A DNA stretch of 64,000 nucleotides from Bugula neritina (Eukaryota > Animalia > Bryozoa), in assembly GCA_964035545.1 (NCBI GenBank), contig OZ037766.1, positions 24,234,126 through 24,298,125 of the forward strand. The letters run 5' to 3'. Position 1 is the stretch's first letter; every line of letters begins with the position of its first letter. The notes beneath the pieces were generated by a model. It was not told the origin of the DNA and did not search any database. It saw nothing but the letters and a program-made list of their open reading frames with translations. Below are positions 25,528 through 37,600 of the stretch, piece by piece. A program made the position numbers and the translations under genes.

Positions 25528-28500
25528 ATATGTATATATGTATATATATATTAAAAGAAATGAAATAAAATTTGATTAATAAAATGACATTTATTACTAA
25601 TAGTTCCGTACACTAAAATATTGTGCACTCGTCAGATAAAATTGTCATTATGATTGCTCTCAACTATGTAATATGGTAAAACTGAATATATGCACAGAAT
25701 AAAGCATGAGGATCAAAATATAACAAAGAGGTAGCATTGGATGCAATTAGCAGACTTTGTGATATATCTACTAATGAGACCATTTTCAACAATGCCATCT
25801 CACAATATTAAGATGCCTTGGCTAAAAGTGGATATAATTATCAGCTCAAATACAGAGACTACACTAACAACACCAATACAAGCATCAAACCTATACGACA
25901 TAGACGAATCATCTGGTACAACCCGCCTTATAGCCGCAATGTAAAGACCAAAATCGGCTCCTCAAGCTAATAAAAGATGTATTCCGCAGCAAACACACAC
26001 TGCACAAAATATTTATCAAGAACACACTCAAACTCAGCTACAGTTGCTGCCCTAACTTGGAACAAACCATTACTGCTCACAATAAAAGTGTTGCTAATTG
26101 TAACACTGCCTCTACATCACAGACAGGCTGCAATTGTAGAAATGTAGAGATGTGTTGAAAGTATAATGGCTAAATAATTATGTCAATATCTTTTTATTAA
26201 AAAATCACAACTCTAAGTCAATAAGTTCTCTCACAATTTGACCATATTTTTGTACCCTTATAACCATTGTGCCCCCCTTTCTCTATAGCAGTTTGGAAAT
26301 TTTTAAATAGAACACTGCTTTAATGACAATTGCGTGTTAACTGTGAAATAAAAATAATTTTCAATTATATCAACTGATATTTTTACCGACTGTATGCTTT
26401 TCAAATTTCACAAAATGTACACAATGCTATAAGACTACAGCTCTGCAGTTGTAAAAGTTTATAATGTAATTAGATAATAGTTATCAAGCTTACCAACACA
26501 AGTGACTCCATCACCAGTGTATCCATCCTTACATTTACAGTGGAATGATCCATCAGTGTTTATACATTCTGCATTTGTTGCACAGTTGTCTGTCTGTTGA
26601 GTGCATTCATCTACATCTGAAATTCATCAACATACATAATAGTATCATAACTAATAATGAATATTGTCGGGAGGAATTATTTTTTCTATAACTAAAGTGA
26701 CTTATTTTACAGCATTACTGTCAAACTAAACAAAATATATCCTCAAAGGTATTCCGCTACTAAAATCTAAAACTATTCTGGTATATTAGATAGCTTGTGA
26801 TATATCAATTCTTACTGACAGAATACTTTGTACATTACAGATATATTATTCTATATTAGAAACCCAAAAATATCCCAAATAGAACAATTTAGACATTATT
26901 TGACAATGCTCTAACAAACGCTTTGCCTTTCATCAATTATATAAACTTTATATTTTTAATAAAATCCATATCAATGGGTTTTAAAGATATGAATTTGCTG
27001 AATCGCCATAGAATAAGGTAGTGAACTAGTTCTCAAGCTTGATAATGATGTAGAAATGGTATTAGATAAACAAAAACTTGTTTAGAGCAAACACACTCTC
27101 ATTATATTAAAATCAACAAAGGTATACATTTGTTAGTGTAGATCTGATAGGTCCCATTTATCAGATTGAGATAATGACTAGCTTCATTACTAGCTCATGA
27201 TAACTAGTTCCCACAGAAAAAAAATTCAATTATATTTTCCATGCAGCTGATAAATAAAATCTTCTACTATCTTACGTCAGTCATGTGACAATCGTGAGCA
27301 ATCTCAAGTAGCAGTGAGTTGAGGAAACAAAAGCAATCAAGTAGGAATGAGGGTTTAACCCCAATTTAGGTTCTACTGGTGAACATTTTGCACTCAGGAA
27401 TTTACCAATTTAATAGCTTTTTGACACTTAAGGTGGCTGCAGTTGGTAGGTTTAAATAACTTAATACTTCTAGTAATACGGAAACTAAAGGTACGCTTAA
27501 AGAGGAGAAGTAATAAACTGTATCTGGTTAGCATAAAGCTGCCAATTTCATCATCAGGTCATTAGAGAAATGAGGAAATAGATTACAATTATACCTGCTT
27601 GAATCTGAGTGTAAAAATTGGGACATGCCCACAATTTGCAGTAGAAAAAGTAATCCAATTTAATATAAAACCTGTACTGCATAGAAGCTAGCTAAAGAAA
27701 CCACAGCGTTACCCCATTTTTTTCCAGCAATCACGCCAGCTTACATCGTCTGTCAGCTATATGCACTGAGCAGTTCACAATTTACACAGTGGGGAAAGAG
27801 GTCTCCAGATTAAATAAATTAAAGCCAAAAATCCTAAGATATCTCTCAAACTGGTAGTTGTTATATATAGTTGAATAGGAGTAACCCATCAACTGTTTTA
27901 GGTAGTTCAGAGTAATGTTACAATTTTGAGTAACAAAGATATTAACTTTGATACACATAGAAGGAAGGAACTATTTGAAAGGTATTTACTCAGGAGGGAA
28001 CTATATGGAAGAGAGTTAGTAAGGGGAGAACTATATGGAAGGAATTATTTAAGAGGATAATTATATGGAAATGATTTAAAACAGTAATAGCTTAAATTCT
28101 CTTAAAAAACTCTACCAGTTATCAAAAGGATAAATATTATAATCTTGAGCTAAATTGTGTTTTTCCTACAAACTGTTTAGTGAACTAAGGCATGACATTA
28201 GAATAATAATAAAAACTCTGAAACATTATAAGTACGGTATATAATATAGTAAATAATAAGATGTGAGACTACATTTTATAAACTACTGGAATATATTACT
28301 CAAACACTTAAAGCATTGGCTTGTATAATAGCATTTAAAAACTTTTCCCAAAGCTGCAATTGGCATGGGAGGAAAACACAAACCAGCCCAAGGAGTTAGC
28401 TTTTTCAGACTGCATCATGTATAACGTTGTTCAAAGTAGACCCAGTCATATGTAAGAATAACTCCAACAGATTTCAGAGAGTTGGGCTGATATTATCTAT

Positions 28501-29462
28501 GATTTCGAGGTGATAAAGATTTTCCTCAAGAAATTTTGAAAAAAAGCAAACAGAAATGAAAGAAAATACAGAATGACATTTATACGAGGTATGAAGGAAA
28601 ATAATTGTGCAGGGAATAGAGAAACAAGGAAATAAGGTGCTGGGATACAGCTCAAGCAATATATTTCTTCCAATCTACAATGCAATTAAGGAGGGTCTCT
28701 CTCGCAAGATAAATAACATAAGGCAGAGTCTAAGAAATTGAGAAGTGCTAAAATTTCTTTTTGGTACCTGAACAACTTTTACTATTTCCTGTACAGCCAA
28801 CATCGCAAGAACATTGTATTTTACCGTTCAAAAACTCACAGACAGTACTTTCAGAGCATGGTTTTCCTATAACATGTATAAGACAGTCAATTGAATTTAA
28901 CCTATTCAAACCTGATTCAGATCTGATGGTCTCAGAGCGGTTATTACTAGTTTTAAAGTCACTGATATTAGAACTTAAAGCTTTGATCAGCAGACACTTG
29001 AGCACAAATTTGTTAACTGTGTGAAAAGTTGTCTTCTTAAAATACTGGATTATGTGATTTTTTAATAAGACATCTAAAGTAAGGAAAACACATACTTTTC
29101 ACTCAGTTACTGAGTATATCCTAGTTGGCACTAGAACACAAATGTGACTGACAATGCAAAGTTGTTGCAACCTGACATCAAAATCCGTCTTAGACAGTGG
29201 GTTAATTTAGGACTAAGCAAAATTTACTCTAAATCCCGTCAAAGTTACAAACATGAGAACATATAAAAAATTCCGCCAAGTTGGACCATAAGCTATGAAA
29301 CATAAAGCTTTGAAAATAAAAAATTCCTTGTCTTCACTGAGCAGACGTTATGGGCAAATCGGTAGAGAAAATTCTGGTAAACTACTAAAGCAACTTACCT
29401 GCAGATGTTGCAATGTGGAGAGAGAATATAAGTGCTGCAACCAACACTAAAATTCCTTTCAT
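15467..29462 (-). CDS. Membrane mucin paralog A: signal peptide, EGF, cbEGF, (TTTAKE[T/S/P]E)n, furin-site domain, TM, Tyr-repeat cytoplasmic tail
   Basis: Phase-compatible exons: 29462-29399 ([21 protein letters not shown]), 28866-28768 (EGF), 26616-26494 (DVDEC cbEGF), 24631-24590, 23681-20329 (mucin), 19480-19050 (RKKR/RQKR), 18567-18517, 18021-17882 ([10 protein letters not shown] + TM), 17073-16985, 16390-15751. The last exon from 15474 is uncertain (gives ...KAWKAGK*). Confidence 0.85.
17575..17812. repeat. Short interspersed element with internal inverted repeat and C/A-rich spacer
   Basis: AAAGTAGGTAAAAATAGCACA pairs with TGTGCCATTTTTACCTACTTT; repeated AATGGCA words. Confidence 0.5.
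20505..23612 (-). repeat. 24-bp coding minisatellite (~130 units) encoding TTTAKE(T/S/P)E
   Basis: Unit like TTTAGCTGTTGTCGTCTCAGTTTC on + strand; 720-bp higher-order duplication. Confidence 0.97.
23885..24154. mobile_element. Foldback/MITE-like element
   Basis: TGATGACAGTTTCAGTCAC pairs with GTGACTGAAAAACGTCATCA; inner TCAGCTGCTGCAACAC pairs with GTGTTGCAGCAGCTGA. Confidence 0.6.
25224..25551. repeat. (TA)n/(TG) microsatellite
   Basis: Directly visible. Confidence 0.95.
25745..26150 (+). pseudogene. Penelope-like retroelement fragment (RT C-terminus/linker before GIY-YIG), degenerate
   Basis: Translates as [22 protein letters not shown]...[21 protein letters not shown] / [41 protein letters not shown]...GCNCRN, the characteristic PLE motif series; internal stop and frameshift. 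Confidence 0.8.
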
Positions 29463-31681
29463 CTTGAGGGAGAGATATGTGTCAACCCTTTGCTAGCGTA
29501 CACTGCCTACCAATGGGGAAAAGTGTAGAAGTAGAAAATACAGTTTAAAGTAGGGTGTGATAGCGTCTAATGCAATAGACAGAGCCAGTAACCAAAGGAG
29601 TGGAATGAAAAACTGAACTCAAACCCCTCAAAGATTAAATTAAATCAACATTAAAATTGAATCAATACAATTTTACTACCTTTATAGTTAACGAAAATAA
29701 AATTTTGATATGCTGAAGACGAAGTCAAGAAGTTGAGAAGTGATAGGATAAGACTAGCAAAAAGGAGGGGGTTTTGGATTTACTGCTAGGAGAATGGTAA
29801 CTTGTTGATAGAAATTTATAATCTAAACTATTAGCATAGCATTAAGGAACTTAGAAGATAACTACTATTTACAAAGGCGTGAAATAGAAAGATAAAGATA
29901 GTATATTCATTTCTATTAGCCTGAAATCCACTAAAAGGGGCTGAAAGTTGTCAGGCTAAATATCAGCCCAACTTTTTGCAAAAAAATAGCCCCGAGTAAA
30001 AGCATGATCTAGCATTTACCGTTCAACTGACTGAATAGCATCTTATCACCAAATATTACTGAGGCAGTATCTTATTATGCAACTAATAAGCTGGATATTC
30101 AGACTAAAGAGTTTTCTCTATGTGTTTTATATCAGTCCAAATTGACTTTCCTTCTCACCGGCACATTTTAAACGTCATAATCCAAACGCACGAAGCAGAT
30201 TATTTTTTTCGATATTAGAAGATAAAAACATATAGGAAGAAGTCAGCGCTATTAAACATCAAAGCTGTTTGGTGCCAACCCCAATAACTTAGATATTAAG
30301 ATTCAACACTATATTTAGCATTACTCGAGTGAATAGGATGAAACCACAACCAAAGTTAATGCAACTATTCGAATAATGGGAAGTAGTGATACAGAGTGGA
30401 GCCAAAATCTGTTTCCCATTGGGACTGTTTCACCAAAAGCATAACTGTTTATTTAATACAGAAGTAAAAGACTAGCCATACAAAATAGTCTTCAAGAGAA
30501 ATGGCTTGTTTGGGTAATTTCTACTCAGTACACACCAGTTTTATCCAGAAATTATAAACATACAAAATATACACTGGGAGAAGTATCTTAAAAAATAGTG
30601 AGGAAAAACACATTTTTTAAGGGAACATTCCAGAAAAAACTTAAGAAAATAAAGCTATTACTTTTTTCATTACTCCATCCATAATGTAATTTATACCGTG
30701 GTGTTACAATTTCTAATAATTTACTGAAACTAGGTTGACTTTAGCGAAAATGCTAATGAAATTTACGAGTCAACTTCATTGCAATACAAATTTACAGGTG
30801 AAGGTCCCAATTATCCATGTTTGTTTATACATTTACAGTTCATTTCAATTCAGTTTATCTTACAAAAAATATGCTGGCTTACCAAAATAGTAAGCCTATG
30901 CTAAATATCAGGCACTAGCTATTCTTATAAACTAACGCCGTGGTTAAACTTAATATGCAAGGAATCATTTTTAATTACAGTGACTTTGCTTTGCTTACTA
31001 GCTAAATGCTCCATTTTTATATTTGAGAGCATCAACCTCGCTGCTCACAAACAAACAGTTCTTCAAACTTTGCAAACTTATGCTACAGATTTATTTAACA
31101 TCTACTCAAAGCTTTTATTGAAATAAATATGCAACATTTCAACGAGAAAAAGAAATAAATAAACCTATGAAATTCCAATACAAAAATAAACAACTCTACC
31201 AAATTTTCTATCAAGCAGTTAAACATTACACCAAAGTATTACAATAAGCAGAATGTACAGGAATAGTGCAAAGCCAGTAACATGTTACTTTGACAAACAT
31301 AATTTACTGTTATAAAAATTTTATTACAATATCTTCCTATCACCTATATCTACACCAATTATAATAACACAAACAACTTTTTAACATAATATGTCAACTA
31401 AACTATCAAACTGTGTCCCACAAAACCAAATATAGCAAAGGGCACCTGTTCGAAATCGACGGTGCCCTTCTCATGGTAGACAGATTGTTGTTAGATGTAG
31501 CAACATGCCATGATTCAGTGTTAATCGACAGATAGAAATAAAGAGCATCTGATGTCATCTGCAACTGTATGATAGAAGAGCACTAGCAGCCAGGTGTCAG
31601 TACACTGGAGAGTAGGTGGTGTCATGTGTTAGTGAGATAGAAAAAACTTGCTGCTAGACACTAACAGCGAGTGTCAAGATC

Positions 31682-34600
31682 TTATATTATAGAAGGTGTG
31701 TAAACCTCAAACCTGTCAGGGTCTAAACCACTTCCAGCTTTATCTTTCTCAGATCCCTAAACAGAAAAAAATAACCTGCATAAAAGACAAAATTACTGAG
31801 GTGTGTGACGATCTAACAACAACATATGTGAAAATACTGGAACAAAGGTATAACAGCAGGCACTATATCTACACCTGATATTTTCAGCATGTTGAACCCA
31901 ACACTGCTGCAGATTCTGTAAAGAAAGCATGGATCACATTTTATAGAGTATAGGCACTTTTTTTATTACTATGAGGCAAGTAAAGACACGGAAGCATGAA
32001 GTCCCATTCTAATTGCTGACAATTGCTACTAACACTCTTTGCTAAGATTACTAGTTAAAGGCAATAGTGTTGATCAGTAAATTTTGTCCATTAAAAAGCT
32101 ACTTATACTCTAAAGTCTAAACGATTGGTTGAATGTGCAGCTAGAGTTAGATCTCCACATGTGTTTTTCCGAAACACCCGTTAACTCCAGCCTATTTTGA
32201 AGAGGCTAAACAACTAATAAGGTCATTAGCTTAGATACAGGTAGCTTTATCCTGTCAACAATCATTTTACTCTCCACTATGTCTGAAATCTCTTGGACAA
32301 CTTACATAAACACTGTCATTTGCAAAAGTAACAGTTGAGTTCCAAGCCTTCACTGCAACATATTGCGGGCCAAATGCTGGGGTCTCACACAATTGATCAG
32401 CATGCCTCTCTGAGACTATAGCTCTGGGTATATTCTACAGAAAACAATTAGCGCTCTGAACACAATCAAAATCATTGAGACTCTCTTGTGGTAACAGCCG
32501 GTGAAAAGCAGAAGAGCTGGCACTCCTCCAATTTCACATATAGACCCTTCTAGCTACACCCCTAGCCACATTTACACTCCCCAGTCACATATCCACCCTT
32601 CTAGCTACACCCCTAGCTACATTTACACTCCCCAGTCATATATACACCCTTTTAGCTACACCCCTAGCTACATTTACACTCCCCAGTCATAATATATACA
32701 CCCTCCTAGCTACATATATACCCCCATGAATGTATACTCATAACTCCAAGCCTCCCCCTGGCTACAAACCCTCAGGCACACCCCTGACCCCCCTGGCGGC
32801 ACACCCCTGGCAGCACGATTGTACAGATGTATACCTACAGCTGTACAGCACATATGCATAAATACCAGCATGACTAACTCACTAAGAATAATGCCTTATC
32901 TTATCTCTCCATAAAGAAATGCAAGCGTATGATATATATGCACATGTATGATGGCCAATGATAGTAGTATTTACAAACTGTGTAATAAGTAAATAACTTC
33001 ACCACCATAAGAAAGCAAGATGGCTCTGTGATATAAAGTACACTTACTGGATGTACAACCACCCCCCCCCCATCCTCTAGAAAACTGGCTAGTCAACTTG
33101 TATACTTATAGCCCTAAAATCCTAGATCAGAAGAGGAGGTAGGTGCGGTAGTGGAGAAATTGAGAAAAGCCTGTGTTCCAGATTAGAAATGTAGCATAAG
33201 TTATGTCCCTGTGAGAATTTCAACCAGCGCCCCAAACCAAAGTTTAGTAACAAATTAAAGAACTTATGCTATCTCACTTTCTGTACTACTGCTTCTAATT
33301 TATACAAAAGAGCACTACATCAAGTTGGAAATCATAAACGTGGTCAAGTTAATACAGCAACGTTGATAGATACACCAATACACACACTTCACCATCATTA
33401 AAGGTTTTTTTACAATTAATGGCAACTTAGAGCTGTTGCCTAATTTGTAAACTTGTGCCAGTTCAAGAGCTGCAAAAAATCGTGCTTTTTCAAGGCAGTA
33501 AACTATAACTCTGTTGAATCACCAACTTTAAAACAAGAAATATATTTTTATATTGTTTAATTTTAACTCAAAGTTACCCCAGATTGGTAAACCTACGATA
33601 GTAAAGACCATAACAACCAAACATAATTACATAAACATAGTTTGGCAGGTTCATCAGTATCAACTTACTACATGCTTATTTTGGGGGAAGAGATTTTCCA
33701 TCGGTCCAATATCATAGCCGTCATTACCATGGCCTGACAGTCTTTGCACAGGCAGATTTTTATCGCCTGCAACTAAAACAACACAAAGAAAACTACACCC
33801 ACAGCACCAAGCAAATGTTTGAAGCATTAAGAGAGATTATAACTGCTGCAAGAGGCAACAACTCCTACAACAATAAAATATACCTGTATTATTGACTCAT
33901 ATTTACGAAATTTGCTATAAGCAGCCCCAAGTTTAGGTAGTAGTTTGAGGTTTTCAAGTTTGGAATTTGGAATTCAAAGTTTCAACCTAAGCCCCAACTC
34001 CAAACTCAAGAACCCCAACTACTGCATTCAGTCACCCCTAACTCGGCCTGCCTATAGCAACCTTCCACATTTACAGTGTTTCAAATACCTACTATACGTA
34101 GAATCCTATCAGGAATTATTGCTATAACTTATGTAATTGTTGAACTGAAAATACCATCAACTACTTATCTAACGCCTCATCATTTGTTTCACCAACAAAT
34201 AAGTACCTTTTCTCCGACAGCAGAAGGCTGTGAGTATGACGGCCGCCAAGAAGACAACGACTCCGGCAGCAGCTATACCTGCAATGATGGGAGTATCCAG
34301 CTCATTGCACTTCTTTCCTCTCCAGCCATTCTTACATCTAGAGTGATGCAACAGTTGGTGTGCTGTTACATTGCTTAGCAGCTACACTCAGTATTTTACA
34401 AACATTGAGCTCTGCCGACTTGAATCACACTTTAAAACAATTCTTTGATAGGAACTATTGCAAAGGCTTTGTGTCACAATATTCTATTCTAATGAGGAGA
34501 CAAATCTTCAGAGAGTTATAGTACATAATGTGAGTCACAAGTGAGTACACTCACGACAAATATATACTGTATAATTGAGATTTTTTTCAACCATTAGCAA

Positions 34601-37600
34601 AATTATGCAAAAATAATGATTTTTAAACAGTAAATAAATTATTAGTCAAGTAAAATGCAAATTGAAATTAAAATATGAGGTAGCAGCGTGGGTACTAAGC
34701 TCTAAATTATAAAACTACAATCGATAATTTGGTATATATAACTTTAGGGCAATTTTAATTTGCATTAAATAAATGAATTCAGCCCTTGAGATGTTGAAGC
34801 TATAGTAAAAGTTGCAACAAAACAAGATTAACATCATATCAAGATGTGTTCATCTGTTGTACAAAAATGCGCGAAACTCAGCACAACAAATCAAAACTTC
34901 AAACGAAAAAATCTACAATTTGTACAAAATACACAGACATACTGGATGTTGTACAAAACGTAAGGAAATAGCTGCTCTGAAATACTTGGATAAACCTACC
35001 TATTCTCCGGTGTTTGGGAGGGCGTTCTCATGGAACTGGTCCTACAAACACAGAATAATATTATGCTACAGCATCAAACATCAGCAGCTAACAATTACAA
35101 GGAACTACACTGAAGTAAAATAACTTCCAGGAATAAAATACAAGTGTTGTGGTCCAAAAGTCATAATTGCAAGTTAGATTGGAATAGGTAAGCTTAGCGA
35201 GACACTTGAAGGTTCTTAAAAGATAAGCTGAATAATATTTAGGAAAAGATAGCACAAGTATATTGAATTATCGACTATTATTATAAGTTCCATCCCTAAA
35301 ATCAATATAAAAACTATTATAGGAAACCAATAGTAAAATAGTAACAACAACTCATTTTAGATTTCCAATTCATCTGATGTCCTATTGATATGGTTGTTTA
35401 GTGGCATTGAAAGGAGAATGTAATAGAAAATTGACTAATGGCAGCAGAAATTAGTGAATAAAAAAGCCATGATTTGCCAGCATAAAAATTGAGTGCATAG
35501 AAGTAAGTTAGGAAACATAATGGATGTGCAATCAGAATAGTAGGGGGTACCAACCAGGGATTTCTATAGAATCCAATATATTTACATAGAAATAGGGTCA
35601 TTTTATACATAAAATATGATGACTATAATATATGAAAAACTTACTTTGTACTGGAAGTAACATATGAAATTGACGTTAAGAACACCCTAATAGGTCTAGA
35701 TGTGAGCACATCGGGGATATTGGTGAGAGTCAGAGTGATGTTTTTAGGATCGAAAGTTACATCATAGGAAGGATCTCCCTGTATCTTATAGGAATAAGAC
35801 TGCACATCCTCTCTTGTTAAACTAGCTGTGGTATTGAACAAAGAGTCGGCAATATAGTTAGCAAGTGCTTTAGTGTCGATAAAGAATGTGACATCTCTCC
35901 TCTTCCTTAGCCTCGTTCCATGGATAGTTCTGCAGAAGTATTGGGTGGCATTGATAGAGTCACAAGAGGAATTTATCTGTTTATCTGCAAGGAAATTCTC
36001 CAGCTAAAATAAAAACCAAAGTACTTTATGATAAAAACGACTACTTGAGTGCAACCATTCAAAGTGTGAGGAAAAGAAACTTTTTGTAAGGCTATTTTTA
36101 AATATTAAGTCAACAAAATGCCATGATAAACACAAACTTACAGATTTGACCATAGCAATCCTGTAGACCAAAACACCTTCAGGAGGAGTAGCATTGGTAA
36201 ATAAAACAGGAATGGTTAAGCTTTGTCTCTGAAGATAGGAATTGTATTTGACTATTGCTGTAGCTGAGACTTGGGTGGATGTAGCAGGTGTAAGTGCAAT
36301 TGAAGCGGGTGCTTTAGTAGTTGAAGCTGGTGCTTGAGTAGTGTTAGCTACTGCTTGAGTAGTTGTAGGAAGTTCTTGAGTAGTTTTAGCAGGTGATTTA
36401 GTAGATGTAGCAGGTGCTTGAGTAGTTGTGGCAGGTGCTTGCGTAGTTGAAACTGGTGCTTTCGTACTCATAGCAAGTGCTTGAGTAGTTGAATCTGGTG
36501 CTTGAGTACTTGTAGCAGGTGCTTGTGTGATTGGAGTTGGTGCTTGAGTAGATGTAGCTGATGCATGAGTAGTGTTAGCTACAGATTGAATAGTTGAAGC
36601 AGGTGCTTGGGCAGTTGAAGCTGGTGCTTGCGTAGCTGTGGCAAGTTCTTGAGTAGTTGTAGCTGGTGCTTGAGTAGTTTCAGTAGGTGCTCGAGTACTT
36701 GTAGCAGATGCTTGAGTAGTTGTGGAAGGTGCTTGAGTAGTTGTGGCAGGTGCTTGAGTAGTTTTAGAAGGTGCGTTAGTAGATGTAGCAGGTGTTTCAG
36801 TACTTGTAGCAAGTGCTTGAGTAGTTGTAGCAGGTGCTTCAGTAGTTGTGGCAGGTGCTTGCGTAGTTGTGGCAGGTGCTTGCCGAGTTGAAGCAGGTGC
36901 TTTAGTAGTTGGAGCTGATGCATGAGTAGTGTTAGCTACTGCTTGAACAGTTGAAGAAGGTGCTTGGGTGATTGAAACTGGTGCTTGCGTAGTTGTGGCA
37001 GGTGCTTGTGTAGTTGTAGCTGGTGCCTGAGCAGTTTTAGAAGGTGCGTTAGTAGATGTAGCAGGTGCTTCAGTACTTGTAGAAAGTGCTTGAGTAGTTG
37101 TGGCAGGTGCTTGCGTAGTTGTAGCTGGTGCTTGAGTAGATGTAGCTGGTGCTTGCGTAGTTGTAGCTGGTGCTTGAGTAGATGTAGCTGGTTCTTGAGT
37201 AGTTTTAGCAGGTGATTTAGTAGCTGTAGCAGGTGTTTTAGTAGTTAAAGCTGGTTCTTGAGTAGTTTTAGCAGGTGATTTAGTAGATGTAGCAGGTGCT
37301 TGATTACTTGTAGCAGGTGCTTGAGTAGTTGTGACAGGTGCTTGAGTAGTTGTGACAGGTACGTGAGTAGTTGTGGCAGGTGCTTGTGTAGTTGAAACTG
37401 GTGCTTTTGTAGTCATAGCAGGTGCTTGAGTGGTTGAAGCAGGTGTTTGAGTAGTTTTAGTAGGTGCTTGAGTAGCTGTAGCAGGTGTTTTAGTAGTTAA
37501 AGCTGGTTCTTGAGTAGTTTTAGCAGGTGATTTAGTAGATGTAGCAGGTGCTTGATTACTTGTAGCAGGTGCTTGAGTAGTTGTGACAGGTGCTTGAGTA

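Noticed and set aside
25213-25568. (YI)n ORFs
   Set aside because: Translation of a TA microsatellite.
28867-29073. Longer 5' extension of the paralog A EGF exon
   Set aside because: Open in frame, but the 99-bp exon from 28866 matches paralog B's exon exactly in length and phase.
31875-31915. Extra 41-bp exon in paralog B giving ...KLEVV*
   Set aside because: Weak donor and it shifts frame; paralog C has no equivalent exon. Cannot be excluded without RNA data.
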